64,000 bases of DNA, from NCBI RefSeq assembly GCF_041642155.1, contig NZ_JBEPWZ010000001.1:3507-67506 (forward strand). The letters are read 5' to 3'. The stretch comes from Fodinibius sp. GTDB taxonomy: Bacteria > Bacteroidota > Rhodothermia > Balneolales > Balneolaceae. The position numbers were made by a program, and so were the translations under genes. Numbering within the stretch: the stretch's first letter is position 1; the number at the start of each line of letters is the position of its first letter. Below the pieces are notes generated by a model that made no database searches, was not told where the DNA came from, and worked only from the letters and a program-made list of their open reading frames with translations. This document shows positions 27,891-36,747 of this stretch, in pieces.

Positions 27891-29609
27891 ATGTCCACAG
27901 ACAAAAAACTCAGAAGCAGCGACTGGTTTGGCAAAAGCGGAAAAGACGGATTCATTTACCGGGCCTGGATGAAAAACCAGGGTTTTCCGCCCGACGAGTT
28001 TGAGGGCAAGCCGGTTATCGGCATCTGCAATACCTTCTCCGAGCTGACTCCCTGTAACGCCCACCTTCGCGAACTGAGCGATGCGGTCAAGCGGGGGGTC
28101 TGGGAGGCCGGCGGACTTCCCCTGGAATTCCCCGTCATGTCCCTGGGCGAGACGCTCATTCGTCCCACCGCCATGCTGTTCCGGAACCTGGCCAGCATGG
28201 ATGTAGAAGAATCGATTCGGGCCAATCCCCTGGACGGGGTGGTGCTGATGTGCGGGTGCGACAAGACCACCCCCGCGCTGGTGATGGGAGCCTGCAGCGT
28301 GGATATTCCGGCGATCGTGGTCTCCGGGGGACCCATGCTCACGGGGAAATTCCGGGGGGAGGATATCGGCACCACCGACGTGTGGCGGTTTGCCGCCGAG
28401 CATAAAGTGGGCGATCTGAGCACGGATGCGTTCAGGGAGGCCGAAGGAGCGATGTGCCGCAGCGCCGGGCACTGCGCGGTCATGGGAACCGCCTCCACGA
28501 TGGCCTCCATGGCAGAGTCGCTGGGAATCAGCCTGCCGGGCAACGCGGCCATTCCCGCCGTCGACGCCCGCCGCAAGGTCCTGGCCCACCGCTCCGGCCG
28601 GAGAATGGTGGAGATGGTGGAGGAAGACCTTACCCTCTCGAAGATCCTCAGCCGCGAGGCTTTCCTGAATGCAATCAAGGTCAACGCCGCCATTGGAGGC
28701 TCTACCAATTTCATCGTGCACCTGACGGCCATTGCCCGCCGCGTCGGGGTGGCCCTGGAGCTGGAGGACTTTGATACCCATGGCAGCCAGGTGCCGCTGC
28801 TGGTAAACCTGAAGCCGTCAGGCGAACATCATATGGAAGATTTTTACTATGCGGGCGGGCTGCCGGCCGTTATCTGCGAGCTGCAGGATCACCTAAGCGA
28901 AGAGCCGATAACGGCCAATGGCCAAACCCTGGTAGCAAATAACCGGGACGCCCCCTGTTACGACCGCGATGTCATCGCCTCGGTTGAGGATCCCTTCCAG
29001 CAGGAGGCCGGCACCACGGTGGTACGCGGCAATCTTTGTCCCGACGGGGCCGTCATCAAAACTTCCGCGGCCTCCCCCGGGCTTCTCCGGCACCGGGGAC
29101 CCGCCGTGGTTTTTGAAACGATTGAGGATTACCACGCCCGGGTCGATGATCCCGACCTGGAGGTGACCCCGGACTCTGTACTGGTCCTGAAGTATGTGGG
29201 ACCCAAAGGCTATCCCGGGATGGCCGAGGTGGGTAATATGACACTGCCGAAGAAGATCCTCCGGCAGGGGGTCGACGATATGGTGCGGATCTCCGACGGA
29301 CGCATGAGCGGCACCGCCTACGGCACGGCCTTCCTGCATGTGTCCCCGGAGTCGTATGCCGGCGGCCCTCTGGCGCTGGTGGAAAACGGGGATATGATCG
29401 AGGTCGACGTGGAAAACAAGCGCCTGCACCTTGACGTGTCCGAAGAGGAACTGCAGCGAAGGAGGGCCCAGTGGACCCCGCCCCCCCACGACTACGACCG
29501 GGGCTACGTTCGGCTCTACATCGACCACGTGCAGCAGGCACACCTGGGAGCCGATATGGATTTTTTGGCCGGTGGTTCCGGAAGCACCGTGCAGCGGGAA
29601 TCGCATTAA
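27891..29609 (+). CDS. IlvD/Edd-family sugar-acid dehydratase (arabonate/xylonate/galactonate dehydratase-like)
   Basis: 572 aa. LRSSDWFG...GFPPDEFEGKPVIGICNTFSELTPCNAHL, MCGCDKTTPA, SDGRMSGTAYG. Confidence 0.9.
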   Translation: MSTDKKLRSSDWFGKSGKDGFIYRAWMKNQGFPPDEFEGKPVIGICNTFSELTPCNAHLRELSDAVKRGVWEAGGLPLEFPVMSLGETLIRPTAMLFRNLASMDVEESIRANPLDGVVLMCGCDKTTPALVMGACSVDIPAIVVSGGPMLTGKFRGEDIGTTDVWRFAAEHKVGDLSTDAFREAEGAMCRSAGHCAVMGTASTMASMAESLGISLPGNAAIPAVDARRKVLAHRSGRRMVEMVEEDLTLSKILSREAFLNAIKVNAAIGGSTNFIVHLTAIARRVGVALELEDFDTHGSQVPLLVNLKPSGEHHMEDFYYAGGLPAVICELQDHLSEEPITANGQTLVANNRDAPCYDRDVIASVEDPFQQEAGTTVVRGNLCPDGAVIKTSAASPGLLRHRGPAVVFETIEDYHARVDDPDLEVTPDSVLVLKYVGPKGYPGMAEVGNMTLPKKILRQGVDDMVRISDGRMSGTAYGTAFLHVSPESYAGGPLALVENGDMIEVDVENKRLHLDVSEEELQRRRAQWTPPPHDYDRGYVRLYIDHVQQAHLGADMDFLAGGSGSTVQRESH

Positions 29610-29758
29610 CCGGGAGCCGGAAAAATTATCCCGGATTTATCACCAAGAGGCAGGATGTATTGTTGTACCTTATAGTAGAGATAAAGTTATGTCGATTTAT
29701 ACGGGTTGCAAACTATATTACCCCTGATGCTTTCAGAAGCTATGGCTTCTCAACGTCC

Positions 29759-32182
29759 TCACCGGTTCCGCTGACTTCCGAAGAAGTACTGGAAGTTCAG
29801 GGAATATGAACGCGTAGACCAACTGAATTCCCGCTGCGTGTAGTAATCGGTATTGGGATTTCCATCCGTATTAACCGTATGGCTGAAGTTCTGGGCATCA
29901 AACACATCACGCACATTGAAGACAATTTTGGCTTTTTCTTCAAACAGATCGTAAGAGATTCCGGTATCGGTCATCGTCATGCCGTCCCGGCTTCCCTGCG
30001 GCGTACTGCTCGGGCCGCGATACCGCATGGAAGCCTGGTAATTCAAGCCATCAACAATCTCCCACCGGAGTCGCATGCGGGCCTGAAAATTATCCGATTC
30101 GCTGCTGAACACCCGCTCTTCGTACGTACCTTCCGTATTCGACTGGAACAGATTGGCACTGCCGGTCAGGGTAAAGATATCACCGATCTCCTGGTCAGCC
30201 GAAAACTCAATGCCCCACGCTTCTTCACTCGCAAAGTTGATCGGAAACCGGAACTGCACGCCGTCTCTCTGCTCATTGATACGTTCAATTACGTCGGTGC
30301 GATAGCGGTAGTAAAAGCTGGTCAGCAGCGAGCCGCTTCCCCAGTATTGCAGGTACCCTGCTTCGTAGGAATTACTGTATTCAGGGGTCAAATCGGGATT
30401 GCCGATATACTGACTCCTGTTATCATCAAAATCGATGCCCGGCAGTAACGAGCGGGACCACGGTCGGCGCAACCTCCGGCTGTAGCTCAGCTGTACCGAC
30501 TGCTGCTCATTAAATGAGTAGTTCAAAAAGACGCTGGGAAACAGGCCGATATAGTTTTGCTCATTTACATCGCCCGTTTCTTTAATTTCAGTGCGGATAT
30601 TCGTGTTTTCCGCACGCACGCCAACCTGCCCGGAAAAGTCGCCGAACTCGCCACCCAGAATGAGAAAGGCCGCATTCACATTTTCCCGGTAGAGAAAGTT
30701 TTGCGTGTAGGCCGGCTCTTCCACCCATGTACCGTCGACAAGCGTTTCCGCCTTATAGCCCGTGTCCATCCATTCGGTATCGCTGCGAAGACCGGTTTCC
30801 AGCTTGCCGTTTTCACCCAGGGGACGCACATACTCGGCATCGAATCGCAGATCCATCTCTTCTTCGGTATCTTCGGCCCGCTGCTGCAGCGGATCGGCCA
30901 ATCCCTGCTGCACCACTTCGTCAATATCCGTATCAGCATTCTCCCGGCTGATATCAAAACTTGCGTCGGCCTCGAATTTATGTTCATCACCGTCGAACTC
31001 ATTCTCATAATCTAGATTAAAATCAAAATTACTTTCGTTTTCCGTCTCCTCGGTATCCCGGTTGGTAACCTCTTCGGGCGAGGCACTTATATAATCCATT
31101 GGATTTCCCCCGAAGTTATCCCCGCTATACTCCCAGTCGGTATACTCCCAGTCGGTATAAATCATATCTTCTTCGTTTACCTCCTGCTCGAGACTGATAT
31201 AGGTGCTGGCGGTTAAGATCTCATCATCGGAAAGATAAAAATCGGCCCCAAAACGGAAGTCTCCGTCAACTTCCGATTCATGGGCATCCGTCTCTTCTCG
31301 ATACATATACTCTGTATCGGGTCCCGAAAATCGCTGGAAAGAACTGCCGGATTCCGGTTCGGAGCGGTAATCAACTCCCACGTCAGCAAACCAGTTTACA
31401 CGAGGCATTCGATAATTAAGGTTAATTGAGCCTTCATATTCTTCGGGATAACCAGTTCCTATACTCGCGCTCCCGTTCAGTCCAAGCTCCCGATCATCCG
31501 TAAGGATAATATTTATAATGCCGGCTGAACCTTCGGCAGCATATTTAGAGGAGGGATTGGTAATAATTTCTACTTCTTTAATCATGGAAGCCGGAATACT
31601 TCTCAGGGCATCCACATTGCTGCTGCTTACCATACTTGACGGTTTGCCGTTGATAAGAACACGGACCGACTCATTCCCCCGAAGGCTGATATTTCCTTCA
31701 ATATCCGTAGCAATAGAAGGCACGTTATCAAGCACGTTTACGGCCGAGCCGCCCAGGCTGGTGATATCCTGGCCCACATTAAAAACGCGCCGGTCGAAGC
31801 TCATCTCCATTTGTGAACTTTCACCGCGGACGACCACTTCCTCCATTTCCTGGGAGGTAGGAGTCAGCGTTACCTGACCGATATCCACGGTTTCACCGGC
31901 ATCGACTTCTACCGGCTGCGTGTGGGGAGAAAGGGACAGAAAAGTGATTTTCAAGACATACCGGCCCGGATCTATATCAATCCTAAAGGTTCCGTCGGAA
32001 TCGGTGGGAGCTCCTGTTACCACCTCCGATTCGGTGGAATCATACACCGATACCGAAGCGGAAGGTACGGGATCGTCCTGATTGTCCAGAACCTCACCGG
32101 TAATGACACCCTCTCCGGCCTGTCCGATGGCAAAAGAAGTTATCAATAAGGTGAAGACAAGTGATAATAATAACTTTTTCAT
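29759..32182 (-). CDS. TonB-dependent receptor with N-terminal carboxypeptidase-regulatory-like domain
   Basis: 807 aa. Signal peptide, CarbopepD_reg-like domain (GVITGEVLDNQDDPVPSASVSVYD), plug (NVLDNVPSIATD..ISLRGN), C-terminal beta-barrel. Confidence 0.9.
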   Translation of the reverse strand: MKKLLLSLVFTLLITSFAIGQAGEGVITGEVLDNQDDPVPSASVSVYDSTESEVVTGAPTDSDGTFRIDIDPGRYVLKITFLSLSPHTQPVEVDAGETVDIGQVTLTPTSQEMEEVVVRGESSQMEMSFDRRVFNVGQDITSLGGSAVNVLDNVPSIATDIEGNISLRGNESVRVLINGKPSSMVSSSNVDALRSIPASMIKEVEIITNPSSKYAAEGSAGIINIILTDDRELGLNGSASIGTGYPEEYEGSINLNYRMPRVNWFADVGVDYRSEPESGSSFQRFSGPDTEYMYREETDAHESEVDGDFRFGADFYLSDDEILTASTYISLEQEVNEEDMIYTDWEYTDWEYSGDNFGGNPMDYISASPEEVTNRDTEETENESNFDFNLDYENEFDGDEHKFEADASFDISRENADTDIDEVVQQGLADPLQQRAEDTEEEMDLRFDAEYVRPLGENGKLETGLRSDTEWMDTGYKAETLVDGTWVEEPAYTQNFLYRENVNAAFLILGGEFGDFSGQVGVRAENTNIRTEIKETGDVNEQNYIGLFPSVFLNYSFNEQQSVQLSYSRRLRRPWSRSLLPGIDFDDNRSQYIGNPDLTPEYSNSYEAGYLQYWGSGSLLTSFYYRYRTDVIERINEQRDGVQFRFPINFASEEAWGIEFSADQEIGDIFTLTGSANLFQSNTEGTYEERVFSSESDNFQARMRLRWEIVDGLNYQASMRYRGPSSTPQGSRDGMTMTDTGISYDLFEEKAKIVFNVRDVFDAQNFSHTVNTDGNPNTDYYTQREFSWSTRSYSLNFQYFFGSQRNR
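31126..31155. repeat. perfect 15-bp tandem duplication inside the TonB-dependent receptor gene
   Basis: TATACTCCCAGTCGG occurs twice (31126-31140, 31141-31155), encoding the in-frame repeat (Y)TDWEYTDWEY. Confidence 0.9.
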
Positions 32183-32542
32183 TCAACCAATATAGTTTCC
32201 TTTTCTGTTTGTGTTTAACGTAACAATCGAACTTGTGGTAAGATTGTATGAAAGCTGAAGGAAATCTGAATTATTGATGTTTTTAATCACTTCTAACAAA
32301 TATTTACAAAATAGTCTTTCGACTTTGCTGAGCGCACCCTGCTTCGCTTCAAATACAGGCTGAAACAACGCCGGAGGCCACGTTACAGGAACAACTGGGC
32401 TGCAGGGCCGAACAGTAAACGACCAGGCGGTACTGAAGCAGCTGAATTTCGCCCGGGATGAAGGAGAGGAGATTGCCGGCATAGTCGAATACATGGGACC
32501 CATTTTGAAACTGCGGGGAAACGCTTTTTTATTGATTCCGGA

Positions 32543-33820
32543 TTATACAGACTCCGGATGAAATCTCACGTTTATGGTATGCCAGCCATCTTCATAGTCA
32601 TAAGAGATCGCGTAGTTATTCTGATCTACAATTTGTTCGATGATCGAGAGACCAAGGCCGATGGAGTCTACGCCGTGATCAGCCTTTTTAAAACGCTTGA
32701 AAAGCACATTGGTATCCATATCAAGCGGCTTGCCGGTATTGGATATCTCCAGGCGGTCATTCGCCAGCGTAATGCGGATACGGCCATTCTCAATATTGTG
32801 CTTGATAGCGTTTTGAAAAAGATTGGTCCACATGATATCGGCCAATACCGGGTGGATCTGCAGGAAAACCTCCTCTTCAAGGTCCGTTTCCACTTGCAGG
32901 CCGTTTAATTTGATAAACTCCTCAAAGGCCTGCGTGCTCTCCCGGATGAGGTTCGTAACATTCACCTTATCCTTGTTTGTAAATTCGTGATTTTCAATCT
33001 TGGTCAGCAGTGCAAGCGACTCGCTGAGCCGCGACAGTTTCTTGATCGAGCGCTGACTTGCTTCCACATATTGATACTGTTCGGGCGTAAGATCCGTCTC
33101 GGTGAGCAGCTCCAGCTTTCCTTTGGTAATAGAAAGAGGGGTTTGCAGTTCATGTGACGCATTTTCGGCAAATTCTTTTAAGTTCTTATAGTCCTTGACG
33201 GCCTTGCGGGTCATTTCTTCCACAAACCGGTTCAAATCATTAAACTCTTCGACGCTGGTCTCTTTCGCCAGAATAGGTTCCCTATCCTGGATATTAAACC
33301 GCTTGATACGGGCCAGGGTCTCGCGAAAGGGTTTAAACAGCCGCCCGGAGACGATAAATCCAACCCCGATCGCCCCGATGACCTGCAGTCCTAAAATCCA
33401 CAGCAAGATCTGTATCACCGCTTCCGTGATATCGTCAGTCTCAACCAGGGCCCCGTAGGTGGAAATAAAATAAGAAGTGTCTTCCACGGTCCGGTAGGCC
33501 GAGACTTTCAGGTTGGGTTCCATCTGTTGCAGGCGGTCGTGCCAGACCATGGTATCTTTGATAACGGTTTCCGGGGCTACTTTTTGGGGGAGTTGCTGGA
33601 TTATGAGGTTGCGATCGCCCGACCCTTTCAGTTTTTCAGACTTAAAATCCTTTCCTTTCTCCAGCAGGTACGTCACCCGGTCAATCCGGTCCATAAAGCG
33701 CCACTTCAGCTCATTGTCCAGCTCCCCCTTGATAACGAAAAAGGATATATACCCCCCTATACCCAGCACAATGACCGTGACGACAAGGTAAATTAATATG
33801 AATTTGTTAATGAGTTTCAC
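32543..33820 (-). CDS. sensor histidine kinase
   Basis: 425 aa. Two TM helices flank a periplasmic loop, then HAMP-like linker, HisKA box ASHELQTPLS and HATPase_c (GLGLSI). Confidence 0.9.
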   Translation of the reverse strand: MKLINKFILIYLVVTVIVLGIGGYISFFVIKGELDNELKWRFMDRIDRVTYLLEKGKDFKSEKLKGSGDRNLIIQQLPQKVAPETVIKDTMVWHDRLQQMEPNLKVSAYRTVEDTSYFISTYGALVETDDITEAVIQILLWILGLQVIGAIGVGFIVSGRLFKPFRETLARIKRFNIQDREPILAKETSVEEFNDLNRFVEEMTRKAVKDYKNLKEFAENASHELQTPLSITKGKLELLTETDLTPEQYQYVEASQRSIKKLSRLSESLALLTKIENHEFTNKDKVNVTNLIRESTQAFEEFIKLNGLQVETDLEEEVFLQIHPVLADIMWTNLFQNAIKHNIENGRIRITLANDRLEISNTGKPLDMDTNVLFKRFKKADHGVDSIGLGLSIIEQIVDQNNYAISYDYEDGWHTINVRFHPESV

Positions 33821-34503
33821 GGGCGGTTGTTCACTTTGAACTTATAGCCAATTCCGTACACACTTTCGATATAATTTTGGGCCCCGGCTTTTTCCAGTTT
33901 TTTGCGCAGGTTCTTGATATGCTGGTAGACGAAATCCAGATTCGTAAGGTGATCCACGTAATCGCCCCACAAGTGTTCGGCGATGGTTTGCTTGGAGAGC
34001 ACATGATTTTTATTGGAAGCGAAATAGAGGATCAGGTCATATTCCTTGGGGGTCAGGTCGACGGCAGTGCCATTGACGGTCACCTCCATCGTATCCGTAT
34101 TGATCGCAATTTCATTGACGTTGATGATCTCCCGGCCATCGCGCTGGTTACGGCGGTTAACGGCTTTAATGCGCGCATGCAGCTCCGGCAGCTGGAACGG
34201 CTTGGTAATGTAGTCGTCGGCCCCCAGTTCGAGTCCCTTCACTTTGTCATCAAGGGCATTTTTTGCGGAAATGATGATGGTTCCGGTTTGGGGATTGACC
34301 GATTTAAGCTCACGCAAAACCTGCAGCCCCGACCCGCCGGGAATCATAATATCAATGAGCACCACGTCATACGTATACGACATCACCTTATCGAAGGCCA
34401 CCCTGTAATCCCGGGCGAACTCGCAGATATAGCCCTCCCGCTTCAGGTAGGTACGGATATTCTGCAGCAAATCTTCATTATCTTCGATAATAAGCAGTTT
34501 CAT
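33817..34503 (-). CDS. OmpR/PhoB-family response regulator
   Basis: 228 aa. MKLLIIEDNEDL, acceptor Asp in VVLIDIMIPGG, winged-helix C-terminus (VYGIGYKF). Overlaps the kinase gene by 4 bp. Confidence 0.9.
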   Translation of the reverse strand: MKLLIIEDNEDLLQNIRTYLKREGYICEFARDYRVAFDKVMSYTYDVVLIDIMIPGGSGLQVLRELKSVNPQTGTIIISAKNALDDKVKGLELGADDYITKPFQLPELHARIKAVNRRNQRDGREIINVNEIAINTDTMEVTVNGTAVDLTPKEYDLILYFASNKNHVLSKQTIAEHLWGDYVDHLTNLDFVYQHIKNLRKKLEKAGAQNYIESVYGIGYKFKVNNRP

Positions 34504-34864
34504 ACGTCAAAAGGTACAAAATGATTTTGAAGCAAAACTGAAGTTAAGGGGCAGTCGGGCAGGCATCTTATGGTCCGCCTTCACTGCTGACGAGTAAAAC
34601 CTCTTGCATGCATGAGGCCCTGGCAGGGGACACGCCTGGGGGCTCCCGCAGCACGACCTCTATCACCCACTTTGGACAGATCGTCTATATTCAACGGTTG
34701 TTTGAAGAGAAAAACCGAAATCTGCCGACAGGAAGTTTTCTAAAGTATAACCCGAAATATTCTCTTTAGAGAACCTGGCGTTACAGAAATAGAATATCAG
34801 AAATTATTCGCAAGAATCGGATTTTTTCTGGCGTTTATTCCTGCTATGTTTGAAACACACATAA

Positions 34865-35722
34865 ATGACAGACCAAACGATGACAGACTACCAGCGGGTG
34901 GCCGAAGCCATCACGTACATCAAACACCATTCTAGCGAGCAGCCTCAATTGGAAGATATTGCCGGAGCCGTCCACCTCAGTCCCTATCATTTCCACCGGA
35001 TATTTAAGAAGTGGGCGGGGGTAACCCCTAAAGAATTCCTGCAATACATTAGTCTGAATCGCGCCAAAAAGCTGTTAAAAAAGAACCAGACTATCGAAGA
35101 AGCAACTTTTCGCACCGGGCTCTCCAGCAGCAGCCGCCTTCACGACCTGTTTGTCAATATCGAAGGAATGACGCCCGGAGAATTTAAGAGCCGGGGCCAG
35201 TCGCTTGACATCCGCTACCATTTCAGTAAAAGTCCCTTTGGCGATATCCTGATCGCCTCTACGGGCAAGGGGATTAGCAATCTGAGTTTTGTGAAAGAGC
35301 GGGATGAAAGCATACGGATATTGAAGAAACGCTGGCCGAAGGCCCGCATCACCGAAGGCAAAGACAAACACATACGAAACCTGGATAACAGGTTCGGAAG
35401 CGGCTGGCAGGACCCGGATGAAATCAAACTCCACATTCGTGGAACTGAATTCCAGTTGAAAGTATGGGAAGCCCTGCTGAAAATTCCGGTCGGCCAGCTG
35501 GTTACGTACTCCGATGTGGCACAAGCAATCGAGAACCCCAAAGCTTCCCGCGCCGTAGGCACGGCCTTGGCTAACAACCCGATCGCCTACCTGATTCCCT
35601 GTCACCGGGTAATCAGGAAAGCGGGAGGCATCGGGGAATATCGCTGGGGCAGCACCCGCAAGACGGCCATCATAGGATGGGAGGCCGCGCAAGCCGGGGA
35701 GGACCATGCTGGGGCAGACTGA
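34865..35722 (+). CDS. AraC-type HTH / methylated-DNA-protein-cysteine methyltransferase fusion (Ada-like)
   Basis: 285 aa. N-terminal AraC HTH (LEDIAGAVHLSPYHFHRIFKKWAGVTPKEF). C-terminal MGMT with active site IPCHRVI. No Cys4 N-Ada domain seen. Confidence 0.85.
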   Translation: MTDQTMTDYQRVAEAITYIKHHSSEQPQLEDIAGAVHLSPYHFHRIFKKWAGVTPKEFLQYISLNRAKKLLKKNQTIEEATFRTGLSSSSRLHDLFVNIEGMTPGEFKSRGQSLDIRYHFSKSPFGDILIASTGKGISNLSFVKERDESIRILKKRWPKARITEGKDKHIRNLDNRFGSGWQDPDEIKLHIRGTEFQLKVWEALLKIPVGQLVTYSDVAQAIENPKASRAVGTALANNPIAYLIPCHRVIRKAGGIGEYRWGSTRKTAIIGWEAAQAGEDHAGAD

Positions 35723-35727
35723 TTTAG

Positions 35728-35850
35728 GTGCCACAAAATCTTTTCAAACCCGCCAGCCAGTGGAGCTACTCCAATCACGGTATCCTCTTTTGGGGACGGA
35801 TTGTCGAGCTCGTCACCCACGATGACTACAAATATTACATAGCTGGCCGT
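35728..35850 (+). pseudogene. relic of a beta-lactamase-family serine hydrolase gene
   Basis: The translation LFKPASQWSYSNHGILFWGRIVELVTHDDYKYYIAG matches the conserved PGxxWxYSNxGxxLLGxIIExVTGxxY block (YSN motif) of PF00144-type hydrolases. The N-terminal SxxK region and the C-terminal part are absent. The frame runs by chance into the SDR gene. Confidence 0.4.
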
Positions 35851-35943
35851 CCACGGTCCGCACCTTGCCGACAAGATCAATCAAACGTTTTGTGCTCAAT
35901 TCAAGTTATAGAGATCAATAATCTCAAGAAAAAGCTATTATTC

Positions 35944-36615
35944 ATGGATTTAAAAAACAAAGCCGCTATTGTAACAGGAGCCAGCCGGGGTATCGGTCGC
36001 TCTATCACCCGGGCGCTGCTGGACAAAGGCGCTACCGTAGCCGGATGGAGCCGCTCGGAACCCGAAAATTTCAGCCATAAGAACTTTTCTTATATAAAAG
36101 CCGATCTCACTCAGCAAAACGCCGTACAACAGGCTTACCAGCAGACAACGGATGCATTGGGAGAACACATCTCCATTTTGATTAACAATGCCGGCGTGGG
36201 CTATAAAGGGGACCTGGATGAGATGCCGTCGGAAAAATGGCGTTATCTTTTTGATCTGAACGTACATGGCATTTTTTATGTGAGCCGGCTGGTGATTCCA
36301 CCGATGAAAACTCGACAAGAGGGACATATTATCAACATTTCATCCGGCGCGGGGACCAACGGCATTGCGGGCATGAGCTGCTATTCGGCGACCAAGCACG
36401 CGGTCGTGGGCATCTCGCGCTCGCTGCACCAGGAATTGCGCGATTTTGGGATCAAGGTGACCTGCCTGTCACCCGGCTCGGTGGATACCGGCTTTTCGGA
36501 TTCGGAGAAGAATAAACTGAAACCCGATGAGCTGGCACGATCGGCCGTGCATATCCTGGAATGCTCCCAAAACTTCCACTACACCGATGTACAAGTGCGT
36601 CCCCTGCAGCCTTAA
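35944..36615 (+). CDS. short-chain dehydrogenase/reductase (classical SDR)
   Basis: TGASRGIG, NNAG and catalytic YSATK. ATG 35944 (MDLKNKAAIVTGAS) is preferred over the longer ORF from 35728. Confidence 0.85.
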   Translation: MDLKNKAAIVTGASRGIGRSITRALLDKGATVAGWSRSEPENFSHKNFSYIKADLTQQNAVQQAYQQTTDALGEHISILINNAGVGYKGDLDEMPSEKWRYLFDLNVHGIFYVSRLVIPPMKTRQEGHIINISSGAGTNGIAGMSCYSATKHAVVGISRSLHQELRDFGIKVTCLSPGSVDTGFSDSEKNKLKPDELARSAVHILECSQNFHYTDVQVRPLQP

Positions 36616-36747
36616 CTCGCATTTGTTACTTGCCTGAGGGTAGCGATAGTCTTATGTTGGTTGGTTTATTTTTCAGCTTTTTCCACCCAATTCGGCTAAT
36701 TTGTTCCTTTTGCATCCGGCGCCGTGTTGGCCGGAGTGGCCGATTAA

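Noticed and set aside
23540-29610. The GC-rich block read as a genomic island or integrative element.
   Set aside because: No integrase, transposase, tRNA target, flanking direct repeats or conjugation genes are visible. Only the compositional anomaly is reported.
32183-32503. 106-aa minus-strand ORF and a plus-strand open frame (…DQAVLKQLNFARDEGEEIAGIVEYMGPILKLRG…) between the histidine kinase and the TonB receptor.
   Set aside because: The plus frame has no start codon, and neither frame shows family motifs. This is probably a spacer or an unidentifiable relic.
35728-36615. 295-aa ORF suggesting an N-terminally extended SDR.
   Set aside because: The SDR Rossmann motif TGASRGIG begins 9 residues after the internal Met at 35944. 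The upstream 72 codons are a hydrolase relic plus spacer, not an SDR extension.
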